A DNA stretch of 10,600 bases from Thermotogota bacterium (GTDB lineage: Bacteria; Bipolaricaulota; Bipolaricaulia; UBA7950; UBA9294). The position numbers were made by a program, and so were the translations under genes. Below the pieces are notes generated by a model. That model was not told where the DNA came from. It searched no databases and worked only from the letters and a program-made list of their open reading frames with translations. The stretch covers positions 1-10,600 of the forward strand of contig JBDKUT010000038.1 in the NCBI GenBank assembly GCA_039679545.1, written 5' to 3'. Positions 10,339 to 10,600 of the stretch are shown here, in pieces (position 1 is the first letter of the stretch; each line of letters starts with the position of its first letter).

Positions 10339-10600
10339 ATGCGGCGAAAGGGTTTCTTGCTGGCGTTGTTGTCGATGGCCGTCCTGGGACTCGGGGCCGC
10401 GACGGGGTGGGTGGAGGATCAACGAGCCGACGTGGAAGTTGGGTGGAGTCCGCTCTACGAGCGCCGGGTGACCGACGCTCTCGTCCCGGTCACCTCACAG
10501 GAAGCCCGTGGGGCGGCGGCGTTCGCTACATTCACGTGTGACATCATTGACACTCTCGCCTGCCCTCCCGAAACATCCGATTGCACGACGGATTGCCAGA
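10339..10600 (+). CDS. Hypothetical exported protein with N-terminal signal peptide (partial; runs off the right edge)
   Basis: Not in the ORF track because no stop falls in the window. Strong SD GAGGAGG 7 nt before the ATG at 10339. Translation MRRKGFLLALLSMAVLGLGAATGWVEDQRADVEVGWSPLYERRVTDALVPVTSQEARGAAAFATFTCDIIDTLACPPETSDCTTDCQ... shows a basic n-region and hydrophobic h-region, and stays open to the window end. Confidence 0.8.
   Translation, partial: MRRKGFLLALLSMAVLGLGAATGWVEDQRADVEVGWSPLYERRVTDALVPVTSQEARGAAAFATFTCDIIDTLACPPETSDCTTDCQ

Noticed and set aside
10467..10494. Inverted repeat GGTGACCG...CGGTCACC
   Set aside because: Inside a coding region, single copy and plausible by chance in GC-rich DNA.
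10293..10541. 82-aa + strand ORF from the track
   Set aside because: No SD; it overlaps the better-supported frame starting at 10339, which has a strong SD and a signal peptide.

Overview
Bacterial core-genome (housekeeping) region from a GC-rich organism. Gene order: [dnaE, running off the left edge <- ftsB/divIC-like <- eno] <divergent promoters> [alaS ->] <convergent hairpin> [<- dnaN <- tmk <- lspA] <symmetric divergent promoters> [FAH-family hydrolase ->] [secreted Cys-containing protein ->, running off the right edge]. I see no mobile element, CRISPR array, RNA gene, intein or defence system, and no evidence for a new multi-gene system. The points worth checking are smaller: dnaN sits outside the usual dnaA-dnaN-recF-gyrB context, behind tmk; Tmk has substitutions in conserved motifs and an ambiguous, possibly non-canonical start; two back-to-back promoters are near mirror images and one predicts a near-leaderless lspA mRNA; a long hairpin overlaps the dnaN stop codon; the DnaE PHP site retains all its metal ligands; and there is an uncharacterised exported protein. 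All calls come from manual motif reading, with no database searches.
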